This document shows positions 1 through 9,302 of a stretch of 24,661 nucleotides of DNA, piece after piece. Position numbers and translations under genes: made by a program. The stretch spans positions 1 through 24,661 of IMG/VR virus record IMGVR_UViG_3300017988_000034; one strand, 5' to 3'. This DNA comes from a virus. Its lineage: Duplodnaviria > Caudoviricetes. Numbering within the stretch: position 1 is the first letter of the stretch; each line of letters starts with the position of its first letter. The notes beneath the pieces were generated by a model, which was not told where the DNA came from, made no database searches, and saw nothing but the letters and a program-made list of their open reading frames with translations.

Positions 1-1364
1 AGACAATTAGTAAAATTGATATTGTTAATGAAACCGGCAGTACATTCAACACCAGCATTGGTAATACCAACAACAGTCATATTCTTGATATTGCAACTTT
101 CAATTCTATTTCCTGTTGAAGCATTCGTCGTTCCGCCAAAAGATATTCCTGTGGCAGCATTTCTAATTGTGCAATGATCGATGTCTGAATTCATTGTTTC
201 TAATGTGATGGCTATTGTTGCACTTCCAGAACCATCAATGATAAGATCTTGAATCTTTACACCACGAAGTCCACCAATTCCAGTGTTAGAAGTTTCAATA
301 AAATTTGCGCCGCTAGAAATGTATTGAAGATTAGCGTTAAAGTCATTCGCTGGTGATGGGTCAGCGTCAATTTCAAAACTTTGTGTGCCTTTAATCGTAG
401 TTCCAGGCTTTGGATTGATTGTATCTGACCAATATTTCTTTGTTGAACTAAAAACAACTTCGCATCCGACAGAACAAGAATCAAAAGTCTTTTGAATTGC
501 AGTTGTATCATCAGTTCCATGAGCATTGTTCAAAAAACTTCCATCACCTTTGGCGCCAAACCATTCAGGATGAATTTCTGTGATATTAGCTGAAAATGTG
601 ACGTTAGCTGTTGTTTGACAAATGAAGTGGTTGCCTTCATCAGTGATAATTGGATCTAATTGAAGAGAATAGTTAGACCATTTCAATTGGGCATTGCTAT
701 CAAATCTGACTTTCACTGTTAGAGAAGGATTCGACGCAAGATAAAATACGCCATTAGGAACGAATAACTGCCATCCTGCTGAGGTTGCATAAGCATTAGC
801 TGATTGAAATGCATTGAAGTCGTTCTGAATGCCATCGCTATAAGCGCCATACCAAAGAACATTGATTTCACTATTGGCAATACGATACCAACGTCCTGTT
901 CCAACTGTTGGAGCAATGATCATTCCGCCATCATCAGTAGTAGTTGAACTTGAATTAAAACTAAATTCTCCGCCTCCGCCATCATTAGCGACATAATATC
1001 CAGCAACATTTGCTGTTGCATTTGATAGATCACTTGTGTTGATCGCCTTCAGATCAGCGATTGTGTTGCAAGAAATGACTGTGACATCACTTGTTGAATT
1101 GATATTGTCAACTGTAAATAGAATCGAACCATCGCTGTTCTTCAAAATGTATTTATACGATAGATTGCTATCAAGCCAGACATTGGCACGACCGCCAGCA
1201 TCTAGAACAATAGGATTTGGATTAGAAGAAGATCCTGTTGAGTCAGTGAACGTCGCCAATGGGTTACTTGTGCCTGCTTCATAAGTGAACAACAGGCAAT
1301 TAGCCATTGGAACGCCATTGTTATCAATGAACTGCAGTTTTGGATACGGACTGAGAACTATCAT
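1..1364 (-). CDS. Tailspike / receptor-binding protein with pectate-lyase-like beta-helix (3' end truncated by window edge)
   Basis: Translated by hand from ATG at 1364 (RBS AAGGA upstream) with no stop to position 1: MIVLSPYPKLQFIDNNGVPMANCLLFTYEAGTSNPLATFTD...NPNPIVLDAGGRANVWL (podoviral particle-binding N-terminus), GYYVANDGGGGEF...TDDGGMII...GRWYR (tailspike linker domain), WFGAKGDG...TDDTTAIQ (Pectate_lyase_3-type start), then I/N/C-rich beta-helix-like rungs. Not in the supplied ORF track. Confidence 0.9.
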   Translation of the reverse strand, partial: MIVLSPYPKLQFIDNNGVPMANCLLFTYEAGTSNPLATFTDSTGSSSNPNPIVLDAGGRANVWLDSNLSYKYILKNSDGSILFTVDNINSTSDVTVISCNTIADLKAINTSDLSNATANVAGYYVANDGGGGEFSFNSSSTTTDDGGMIIAPTVGTGRWYRIANSEINVLWYGAYSDGIQNDFNAFQSANAYATSAGWQLFVPNGVFYLASNPSLTVKVRFDSNAQLKWSNYSLQLDPIITDEGNHFICQTTANVTFSANITEIHPEWFGAKGDGSFLNNAHGTDDTTAIQKTFDSCSVGCEVVFSSTKKYWSDTINPKPGTTIKGTQSFEIDADPSPANDFNANLQYISSGANFIETSNTGIGGLRGVKIQDLIIDGSGSATIAITLETMNSDIDHCTIRNAATGISFGGTTNASTGNRIESCNIKNMTVVGITNAGVECTAGFINNINFTNC

Positions 1365-1374
1365 AGTAGATCCT

Positions 1375-3057
1375 TTATTGTTGTTGACCTATTTGTCCTA
1401 ATGTCATATACGGATTTTGTTGATTAACAATACTACCTTGAAAGCTTTTCGCTAAGGGTGTTCCTAATTTTCCAAGGTATTGTGTTGCTGGTAATGTTAC
1501 CATTGTTGAAGCAGCAGGAGAACTTAATGCTGTCATTCCCCCAATATGACCTGAAGTTAACATATCAAGCATAGGTCCAAGAGTTGCTTTTCCTGTTGAA
1601 TATTTTGGCAACAGAGCAAGTTCGCCACCTCCACCTTTTGCTTCTCCAATTTGTCTTGCCATCTTAGCATAATTAGCGGCTTCTAAAAAATCTGGTGTTT
1701 CAAAAACATCTTGATAGTTTTGTAAAAATTTCTGTTGTGTAGTTTTATTTCCATTCAAAATATTCTTGATAAAACTTTCAGAATTTACTGCTTGTTTATA
1801 ATCACTTCCGCCGATCATTTTTTTGATATCGTCAATTGTATTTAATTTGTTTGAAGCGTCTTTCATTAGATCAGCATAAGGAGTATTATCAGAAGCATCT
1901 AGTAGTGACTGACGAATATCGTCTCTTAATCCCTTTAATTGTGAAATATATTCGCCAGTTCCTAATTCACCAGTTTTAGGACCATATAAAGTTTGATCTA
2001 ATTGTTTTCGATAATCCCATAGTTGTGAAGGGTCAATATTTCCATCAGGGTCTGCTAATTTACTTAAGGCATCAGCTTGATTGACCAATTTATCACCAAC
2101 AGCTTGTAATTCAGGAGTCTTATATCCAGAAGCTTTTTGTAACATTTTATCGGTCATACTATTGATATTAATCGGTGGCAGATTTTGAAGAGCTCCTTGA
2201 ATTTCTTGCGCTCTAGGAATTTGATTATAAGCATCCTGTAAAGATTTAACAAATTGTTCGCCGATTGCTGCTTCTTGTCCTGATTGAGCAGCCATTTTAG
2301 CTCGTTCTACGGGATTTGTTGCTGCTCTTAAAGTTTCTTCTGGCACACCTGATAATCCTGAAGCTAATTTTCCTGCTAACATATCAGGAAGTCTGACCGC
2401 ACTTTCAATTGCAGCGCCTGGAGCTCCTAAAACTATGTTTGCTCCTTGAATTGCTTTTCCAACAATAGGAAGTTGTGCCCCAGGAATTTTAGCAGGTAAA
2501 GCCATTAAACCAGCATTTGTCAATTCAGATCCTGTTTGAAATCCTTGTTGTTGTTCTGGAGTTGGCTGATAAACATAGTTTGATTGTCCAGGTGTAATAA
2601 CATTATTGATTGCTTGACCAGCTGCTGGCGAAACAACGCCAACAGCATTTCCAATAATGCCAGGAATATTTCCTAAAGTAGCTCCTAATCCTTTTACCAT
2701 TCCCATTCCTGTTTGTGGAATAGTTTGAGGTTGCATTACTGCGTTGCCCATTGTCTTACCAACATCAAGAGCTGTGCTTTCAATTGAACCAGGAGCTGGA
2801 TAAGTTTGTCCACCAAGTCCTGTAACATATTGGCCAACGCCTTTGACAACATTTCCTGCACCTTGGATTGCTCTAGAAGCAACGCCGCCTACACCGCCAG
2901 GAACCCAATTTGTTGATTGTTGTTCTGGAGCGTTGTTTGTTGTCGGATCATCGTCAAAAGTTTTCCCAGAACTACGCCAAGTTTGTAAAGCTTGTGTAGC
3001 TTCGTCACGACTATAACCACGATCAGATAATTGTTTCAAAAAAGTCATTCTATCCAT
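1375..3057 (-). CDS. Probable ejection (DNA transfer / internal virion) protein, third position (gp16-like by synteny)
   Basis: 560 aa, G/A/Q-rich N-half and helical C-half; last of three such genes between tail hub and tailspike, as in P22-like gene order. Function inferred from synteny and composition only. Confidence 0.65.
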   Translation of the reverse strand: MDRMTFLKQLSDRGYSRDEATQALQTWRSSGKTFDDDPTTNNAPEQQSTNWVPGGVGGVASRAIQGAGNVVKGVGQYVTGLGGQTYPAPGSIESTALDVGKTMGNAVMQPQTIPQTGMGMVKGLGATLGNIPGIIGNAVGVVSPAAGQAINNVITPGQSNYVYQPTPEQQQGFQTGSELTNAGLMALPAKIPGAQLPIVGKAIQGANIVLGAPGAAIESAVRLPDMLAGKLASGLSGVPEETLRAATNPVERAKMAAQSGQEAAIGEQFVKSLQDAYNQIPRAQEIQGALQNLPPININSMTDKMLQKASGYKTPELQAVGDKLVNQADALSKLADPDGNIDPSQLWDYRKQLDQTLYGPKTGELGTGEYISQLKGLRDDIRQSLLDASDNTPYADLMKDASNKLNTIDDIKKMIGGSDYKQAVNSESFIKNILNGNKTTQQKFLQNYQDVFETPDFLEAANYAKMARQIGEAKGGGGELALLPKYSTGKATLGPMLDMLTSGHIGGMTALSSPAASTMVTLPATQYLGKLGTPLAKSFQGSIVNQQNPYMTLGQIGQQQ

Positions 3058-3060
3058 GAT

Positions 3061-4479
3061 TTACTTCTTCTTTGGTGGAAATAGTTGATCTAATGCTGCT
3101 TGATCAGCTGCAGTCATTCCGCCTTTGGACTGTCCATTTCCAGCAGGACTTCCATGAGCTAAAGCATTATATCGATCGATGACCGGTTTAGCAGTTAATT
3201 GAATGCTACGGTTATAAGGCCCCATTTGTGCAGGAAGTTGTTGAGCCCTAGGATCACCTTCAGTTCTAATCACGTCTTTAATTTCACCAATTTGAGCTTT
3301 GCTTAACATTGGCTGACCTGAAGCCGTTAAATTCTCAGCAAATTGACTAATCTTGCTTAAAATTGTTGGTGGCGCCTCGAATCCGGCTAATTTAGATTTA
3401 ATTGCATCAAGTTGATAAGAATTAACATTGCCAGATTTCATTAGATCTAACGCATCAGCATAACCATTGAGCAATTGCATATTTTGTCCAGCAGGTGAAC
3501 GCATACTTGGTGGTATTTTCACTGTTCCAAGATCAACGCCTGGATAGACAGGTTCAGAAGATCCTGTTCCGCCTGTTTTGTCAAGTTCTTTCTGACGTTC
3601 AAGGTTCAATTTGCCTTGTTCAATTCCAAGTTGTTGATTCTTATATTGTTGTTCTGTATTTGCTTTTTGTTGTTCGATATTTGTTTTAATTGTGCCAGGA
3701 GCATTTTGGTTGATTTGATACCAACCTTTTTCTTCATTGTAAAGGTTTTGCATATACTGTTGTGGATTAGCATCATATTGTTCAATTGGTGGAATAGTCA
3801 TTGCATCATCAACTTTTCCCATTTGAGCAGCAGCAATTAAACTAGCCACATGTTGTCTTGTATCAGCAACTTGTTGTGGTGTTGAAAGTTTAGGAAAATA
3901 TTCAACACCTTGATAGTTATTAGACGTTGGATCTGATGTATGAATTGAAGTTCCATTTGGATTATAACCAGAAACATAAGTTCCGGCATTGTCTAACGTA
4001 GTATTAAGCAATGAATGAGCTAAACCACTAACAGCATTAGTATGTTGAAGAATTTCATTTTGATGTTGTGTGACTAACGCTTGTGTTCGTTCCTGTCCTT
4101 GAGCGGCAAAGTCTTGTGCACGAGCTTGGTAAAATTGATTGACTGCAGCTGACTGACGATATTGTTCAGCAGCTTGAGGATCAACTTGAGCAATAGCATT
4201 ATATGTGTTATTTAACGCAACATTAGGATCTTGTGGCGTTGGTTGATTTTGTTGTGCTTGTGTTTGATCAGCTATAACTTTCCTGACCTGAGCTGCTCGT
4301 TGATCAGCTTGTTGTTGTTGTTGCATACCATATTGGCTTTGAGCCAGCTGTTGTTGACGTAAAGCGGCGTCAGCATTCAAATTACCAATTGTGGCATAAC
4401 GTTGAGCATTCTCAACACCAGGCACACCAAATTGATAGCCAAAATTAGTAGGTTGAATGTTCGGAACATCTATTGGCAT
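3061..4479 (-). CDS. Probable ejection (DNA transfer) protein, second position (gp20-like by synteny)
   Basis: 472 aa, very Q/A/N-rich, begins MPID with a poly-Q coiled-coil-like segment (LRQQQLAQSQYGMQQQQQADQRAAQ); position between the gp7-like gene and the next ejection gene. Confidence 0.65.
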   Translation of the reverse strand: MPIDVPNIQPTNFGYQFGVPGVENAQRYATIGNLNADAALRQQQLAQSQYGMQQQQQADQRAAQVRKVIADQTQAQQNQPTPQDPNVALNNTYNAIAQVDPQAAEQYRQSAAVNQFYQARAQDFAAQGQERTQALVTQHQNEILQHTNAVSGLAHSLLNTTLDNAGTYVSGYNPNGTSIHTSDPTSNNYQGVEYFPKLSTPQQVADTRQHVASLIAAAQMGKVDDAMTIPPIEQYDANPQQYMQNLYNEEKGWYQINQNAPGTIKTNIEQQKANTEQQYKNQQLGIEQGKLNLERQKELDKTGGTGSSEPVYPGVDLGTVKIPPSMRSPAGQNMQLLNGYADALDLMKSGNVNSYQLDAIKSKLAGFEAPPTILSKISQFAENLTASGQPMLSKAQIGEIKDVIRTEGDPRAQQLPAQMGPYNRSIQLTAKPVIDRYNALAHGSPAGNGQSKGGMTAADQAALDQLFPPKKK

Positions 4480-4501
4480 ATTACACCCCTGTTTATTTGC
4501 G

Positions 4502-5305
4502 TTATTCTGATGGCATAGATGAAGTATCTAAGCTATAATTGCCTGCTTGCAAACCACCAGTTCCATTGGCGTTGTCACCAGTTCCGCTATTGCCGCCACC
4601 AAATAATGAACCTAAGTTAAATCCGCCACCTCCACCACCGCCTGAACTTCCACTGGAACCAAACATTTGGCCGATGCCATTTCCAATTGCGTTAGCTTCG
4701 CCCATAATAGCTCCAGCATTAGCGTTTCCTTGAGCGATGTTTAAACCTGCCTGTGAATTTCCTTGTTGTGTGCTTAATCCGGTTAAGTTGTTTGCAGCCG
4801 ATTGACCAATTCCTGCTAATCCCATATACTGTTGATATTTTTGAGCTAATTGATTAGCATTAAAATTACGTTGGTCTTGATATGTTTGTAATGCTCGTGC
4901 ATAGTTCTGTGCATACGACTGATTGGCTAAATTAGATCCATATGCATTTAATGCTTTCATCGTTGAACCACTAAACAAATTTCCTAACGATGAAGCTTGA
5001 GACTGAATATTTCTATTACCACCTGTTAATTGAGCCTGATATGCTGGATCTTGTTGATAGTTATATTGGAAGTTCGATGTTAATGGCGCTTGATTTGCTA
5101 AATTTTGTGCGCCACCTAATCCAGTTTGTCCAGCTGCTGAGTAGGGTTGTTGGTAACCAGCAGCCGTTCCATAATACTGGTTTAAAGTATTTGAAGCGTT
5201 TCCAATTGCCGCATTCTCTGCTTGAGCAGCAGCATTGTTGCCCCAAATGCCAGTGATCATGTTGCCTAATCCACCAATTGCGCTTCCATAATCTGCTGAT
5301 CCCAT
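4502..5305 (-). CDS. Ejection / pilot protein, gp7-like
   Basis: 267 aa, Gly/Ala/Asn-rich; motifs YQQPYSAAGQTGL and QDPAYQAQLTGG...GNLFSGSTMKALNAYGSNLANQSY match the widespread podoviral DNA-transfer family (DPGYQF...SGATLKAL..YGQ.LA.QEY). Confidence 0.8.
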   Translation of the reverse strand: MGSADYGSAIGGLGNMITGIWGNNAAAQAENAAIGNASNTLNQYYGTAAGYQQPYSAAGQTGLGGAQNLANQAPLTSNFQYNYQQDPAYQAQLTGGNRNIQSQASSLGNLFSGSTMKALNAYGSNLANQSYAQNYARALQTYQDQRNFNANQLAQKYQQYMGLAGIGQSAANNLTGLSTQQGNSQAGLNIAQGNANAGAIMGEANAIGNGIGQMFGSSGSSGGGGGGGFNLGSLFGGGNSGTGDNANGTGGLQAGNYSLDTSSMPSE

Positions 5306-5319
5306 AGTTTTATCCTTTG

Positions 5320-7107
5320 TTATCTTCCTTGTACTGCATTAGCGTTTTCTATAGACAAATCCCCACGAGCACTGATCAAAACACATTTAACAGGATCTGT
5401 AACTGTCAATTTAAAGACGCGATCTCTTGAATATCCTAAGCGATGCCAGTGAAGTCGTGTTTTGTATTGGCCTTTGCCACCAAAACGTCCCCAATATTCA
5501 TTCGACCAAGTAAATCCGCCATCATCAGACCATTGAAGAAAAGCAACTGGATCTGAACCTTGTCCATTGCCATCTAACCCAACGCCACGTTCAATATCGA
5601 CTTCAAATTCTTTGAAGAATATTCTTCGACGATCATTATGGATATGAGGACCGGTTCTTACTCGTCTTACTGTTTCGCCATTATCAGTGTATTGATCTAA
5701 GTCAAGGGAATAGATTTTGCCATTTCGATAATCGCCAACGTAGTTCACCTGATTGAATAAACAATGTGTGTTAGGCAAATATCTTTCAAATTGTCCAGTG
5801 AATTTGTTCCAATAAGCTCGTTCATGCCATTCACCAGTTGAAGTGTCATAGACAAACGTCTTATTGCCTTGAACAAATGACAAAACATAAAATTCATGGC
5901 CTTCTTGTGTGTATGTAAATGCAATTGCATCCTGAATATTAGGAAGACTTTCAATCATATGATCTATAGAATTTGTGCTGATCACATTTGGTTGATAACT
6001 GGTTGTCATCCAGACCTGACCATGACCAGCTGCGGAACTTCCAAGAAAGAAAAGATTTGCGCCATTAGTTGCTACTGAATTAGGAGCAACTGTTCCATTG
6101 TTCATTACAGCACCATGGATTCGCATAAAAGGATTATCATCAGTAGCACCACTTGGTTGATACCAAACTTCAATGCTTTGTTCCCCAATCAACCATAGTT
6201 CGCCATGAATAGTAGCAATTGTTTTTAGGTAATCTCCTGTAGATTCTTTTGTGTAGAATCTCGTCGAACCAGTAAAGATATTGACAGACCAATTATTCGT
6301 TGTTGTTCCGCTAAATGATGTGATGTTAATAATTAAAGTAGCAGTAGCTGTATCATAATTTTGGCTTATCCCTTGTAAATAACCATTAGAAGAAGTGATT
6401 GTCAAATAAGTTCCATTGGCAATGTTAGTCAAATTAACTGCCGGTTTACCTTGAGAATCTAATAGAACGACAGTGATAAGACCAGTTTGCATTGCAATTG
6501 GTGAACTTATAGACCAAGTCTCGTTTAAATCGCCCCAATCTAAACCATCGTATAATTGTGAATACCTAAATCGACTTGATGTTAGTTCATTGATAATGAA
6601 ATAGCCATTCATAAAGATTACTTTTGAAGCCTGAACAAAAGTTGGATCTATAATTTGTTCAAAAGAGTTATTTGTTAAATTAAAATTGTAGCCAAATTGT
6701 CCGTCAACGATAACAATTCCAAAACCACGGCCAGCGCCATCACCACAATCGGCCATCGAAACAAAACCTTGATTAGTAAGTAATGTTCCACGATAAATTT
6801 CCGTTCCTGTTGTTGTGAATTCAGATAGTTGATTACCAATAACTGCAAACATTCTTCCAGTAGTTGTTGTGTATGTCTGCCGAACAATGCCTGAAGCTGA
6901 AGAAGTCACAAATTCTGTAAGACCAGGAGTGGGATATAAAACTTTAGTTGATTTTGAAGATTCAGCTTGTCCAGAATAAATAGTTGTTGACGACATCATG
7001 TTGAACTTCACAGTCGCAAGATATTCCAAATAAAAGTTGATCGTCTCCTGTCCATCAACAGAAGACGATCTTCCTTTGTAAGCTGATCCAATGAATGGAA
7101 GTTCCAT
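5320..7107 (-). CDS. Tail hub / packaged DNA stabilisation protein, P22 gp10-like
   Basis: 595 aa; FIGSAY..RS, LYPTPGL, FTYTQEGHEFYVLSF...KTFVYD..TGEWHER, VGDYRNGKIY, LQWSDDGGFTWS...G.Y..R..W.RLG.SRDRVF are typical of the phage stabilisation (gp10) family. Confidence 0.9.
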   Translation of the reverse strand: MELPFIGSAYKGRSSSVDGQETINFYLEYLATVKFNMMSSTTIYSGQAESSKSTKVLYPTPGLTEFVTSSASGIVRQTYTTTTGRMFAVIGNQLSEFTTTGTEIYRGTLLTNQGFVSMADCGDGAGRGFGIVIVDGQFGYNFNLTNNSFEQIIDPTFVQASKVIFMNGYFIINELTSSRFRYSQLYDGLDWGDLNETWSISSPIAMQTGLITVVLLDSQGKPAVNLTNIANGTYLTITSSNGYLQGISQNYDTATATLIINITSFSGTTTNNWSVNIFTGSTRFYTKESTGDYLKTIATIHGELWLIGEQSIEVWYQPSGATDDNPFMRIHGAVMNNGTVAPNSVATNGANLFFLGSSAAGHGQVWMTTSYQPNVISTNSIDHMIESLPNIQDAIAFTYTQEGHEFYVLSFVQGNKTFVYDTSTGEWHERAYWNKFTGQFERYLPNTHCLFNQVNYVGDYRNGKIYSLDLDQYTDNGETVRRVRTGPHIHNDRRRIFFKEFEVDIERGVGLDGNGQGSDPVAFLQWSDDGGFTWSNEYWGRFGGKGQYKTRLHWHRLGYSRDRVFKLTVTDPVKCVLISARGDLSIENANAVQGR

Positions 7108-7108
7108 G

Positions 7109-7126
7109 TTAGTACCTGTCGGAATA
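7109..7126 (-). pseudogene. Orphan duplicate of the adaptor gene 3' end (YSDRY-stop)
   Basis: TAT TCC GAC AGG TAC TAA encodes YSDRY*, the same last five residues as the 7232..8056 gene (TAT AGT GAC AGA TAT TAG); ends 1 nt before the gp10-like ATG. Confidence 0.75.
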
Positions 7127-7231
7127 GCCGGGAGTGGGCATTAGGACTTTCTGGGATTTAGCGTCTCTATTACCAAGGAGAATGTATAACTATTTACAAC
7201 TTTTTAAAATAGACGTAAGTCCTTATCACTA

Positions 7232-8056
7232 CTAATATCTGTCACTATAGATATTATACATCCGCCTCGGGACAAGCATTGGATCTGTGGACATTAGAAT
7301 TGATTCGCGGTTTTCACGTTTCAAAATTGTCTTAGTTTCAGTTGCTTTCATCGTAACTAATGGACTAATCGCTTGTCCATATTCGCCAGCTAGATCAACA
7401 GCTAGATTATATGCTAAAGCTGTTTTATAACCAGGTGGCAAACAAACAATATCAGTGAGGTTCAAATACTTTGTGATCTGATGCCAGTGAGATAAACCAA
7501 GAACATAGTTTCTGGTAGGAATTGGCCATAGATCAATTTGTCCATAAGGCCATGTTCGAACGTAATGAATGTATTTTGGATAAGTTGTCGGCAAGAATTT
7601 CTGGAAGATATCTTGATATCGATCATTGGGAATTAATTCCAGTTTGTAGTCGTTCAAATATCCGGAAGAATTATCTCGAGCAAAAGCCGATTCGATTTTG
7701 ATCGGCAACATAGTATCAAAGTCTTGACTTGGATCTGGACCAATTGTGTAAGAACCTTTTCCAGCAATAATCTGAAATAGTTCATTTTGTATATAGTAAA
7801 CCATCAACTTTTCATTGGTCCATGATTCTATCATCCAGTTAAGAACTTGTAATGCATCAGCAGCTTCTGGCCCATCAGCTGTTTCACCAGTTGCAAGAAC
7901 GCCTAATAATCTAAGCGCTCGACGAATAATGTCTAAGATAGTTGTTGGCGGAATCAATGTTCCATCATTACAAACGATTGGCTCTGGAACAGGAGCTCCG
8001 TCATCCATATATAATGGACTAGCACCAAACGCATAGTTGCTTCCAAATATAGCCAT
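7232..8056 (-). CDS. Head-to-tail adaptor (P22 gp4-like)
   Basis: TTILDIIRRALRLLGVLATGET...DALQVLNWMIESW, YTIGP, LWPIP, LPPGYKTALAYNLAVDLAGEYG, YNIYSD: motifs of the adaptor family found upstream of gp10-like genes. Confidence 0.85.
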   Translation of the reverse strand: MAIFGSNYAFGASPLYMDDGAPVPEPIVCNDGTLIPPTTILDIIRRALRLLGVLATGETADGPEAADALQVLNWMIESWTNEKLMVYYIQNELFQIIAGKGSYTIGPDPSQDFDTMLPIKIESAFARDNSSGYLNDYKLELIPNDRYQDIFQKFLPTTYPKYIHYVRTWPYGQIDLWPIPTRNYVLGLSHWHQITKYLNLTDIVCLPPGYKTALAYNLAVDLAGEYGQAISPLVTMKATETKTILKRENRESILMSTDPMLVPRRMYNIYSDRY

Positions 8057-8066
8057 TATGACCTCG

Positions 8067-8705
8067 TTAATATAGTACTTTGTCCTGTGGATGAGCTAAA
8101 TGAGCTGCACGATGATCACAGTCAAGCCAAACTTTAAAACCAGCCGCTTTGGCGTTCATACAAAAACTGATATCTTCAGCAACAACTTCTTGGCAGTCTT
8201 CGACTCGAATAATGTTATGAGTCCAATATGGATATTCAAGAGTTTCGAAGACGTTCTTCTTAATTAACAAACAACCTGCGCCAGTCCAATCAACTTCTTT
8301 TAAACCTGTTTCGTAGAACTTCAAACGTTTTATCATTGGACTATCGCCAGGAACTTTATCCCAATGACCAGCAACTAATAAGTCATTCTGACCATTGCGG
8401 TCGCCGTATGCTGCACAGATAATGTCTTTATCCCAAGTTATAAGAGCATGGATTGTTTCAGCTGAGAACGACATATCCCAATCCATCGCAAGATAATAGT
8501 CATAAGGCATTGTCTGCTTGATTTTGCCGCCGTTCAAACATGGAACTGCTAAAGACGAAGAATTTCTTCCGCGGTAAATGCAGCCACCATTAATTTGGAT
8601 AACTTCAAATTCATGTTTTTTACAAGCTTTCAGACGTTCGAGCGTCTGCTGAGTTTCGTCTCGCAATTTGCCATTAAAGCTTGGAAGTCCGACCCTAATT
8701 TTCAT
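8067..8705 (-). CDS. Glycosyltransferase-like protein, GT-A fold (GT2-like)
   Basis: MKIRVGLP start, I..GRN, YDYYLAMDWDM (DxD), DKDIICAAY, EVDWTGAGCLLIKKNVFE, AEDISFC..A..AGFKVWLD...H. Confidence 0.85.
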   Translation of the reverse strand: MKIRVGLPSFNGKLRDETQQTLERLKACKKHEFEVIQINGGCIYRGRNSSSLAVPCLNGGKIKQTMPYDYYLAMDWDMSFSAETIHALITWDKDIICAAYGDRNGQNDLLVAGHWDKVPGDSPMIKRLKFYETGLKEVDWTGAGCLLIKKNVFETLEYPYWTHNIIRVEDCQEVVAEDISFCMNAKAAGFKVWLDCDHRAAHLAHPQDKVLY

Positions 8706-8714
8706 TGTTGTTCC

Positions 8715-9302
8715 TTATGGTGTTACGATACAAACATAGCCACCTGATCCATTGATCCACAACATTCCTGAAGTTAGTCCAGCACTTGAAGTAGGAAGAT
8801 TAGCAATTGTCACATAGCCGTTTGTAGCAGGTTCTATAAGAATTGAACAAGCAGATCCAGAATTAGTTTGAATATTAATTGATCCACTATCAATCTGAAT
8901 AACACCACCTTCAGCAGAAGTCATATTTGTCAGACCGTTCCCGGCAATAGTAACATTGTGGAAGACGCTGGTCAATGAAATATTTCCAGTGCTATCTGTG
9001 GCTAACTGAGCAGTATCTACATCATTAACATTTCTACATATTCTAAGTGAACCAACTTGGTTTGAATCAGTGTACAGTACTACTTGACCTGTTGTGTAAC
9101 CGATCAACGACGTTGAATTGCTTGAATCACCTTGCAACACTAATCGATAATGCTGGTGACCATTAACAGTATCTTTAGTAGCAATGTTAGTACCAACACA
9201 TAAAGTATCAATTATGTCTTCGTTCCATTGTGTCTCGCGTTGACCCCAAGGAGCAGGAGTTGAAGCGTCGTTAATATCAAATTGTTTGTAGTTAGTAGAC
9301 AT
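8715..9302 (-). CDS. Probable short fibre/needle-like virion protein
   Basis: 195 aa, S/T/N/G-rich beta-type composition; N-terminal WG...WN.DIID...GHQH and C-terminal NLPTSSAGLTSGMLWI resemble motifs recurrent in phage fibre proteins; RBS GAAAGGA. Confidence 0.55.
   Translation of the reverse strand: MSTNYKQFDINDASTPAPWGQRETQWNEDIIDTLCVGTNIATKDTVNGHQHYRLVLQGDSSNSTSLIGYTTGQVVLYTDSNQVGSLRICRNVNDVDTAQLATDSTGNISLTSVFHNVTIAGNGLTNMTSAEGGVIQIDSGSINIQTNSGSACSILIEPATNGYVTIANLPTSSAGLTSGMLWINGSGGYVCIVTP

Noticed and set aside
7127-7231. Self-splicing intron or ribosomal bypass between the two YSDRY ends
   Set aside because: The upstream gene is already complete, so removing the spacer would give the same C-terminus; no group I/II core motifs are recognisable in 105 nt.
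7182-7235. Antisense 17-codon ORF after AAGGAG on the plus strand
   Set aside because: Only 1 nt separates the SD-like sequence from the ATG, and the product is featureless.
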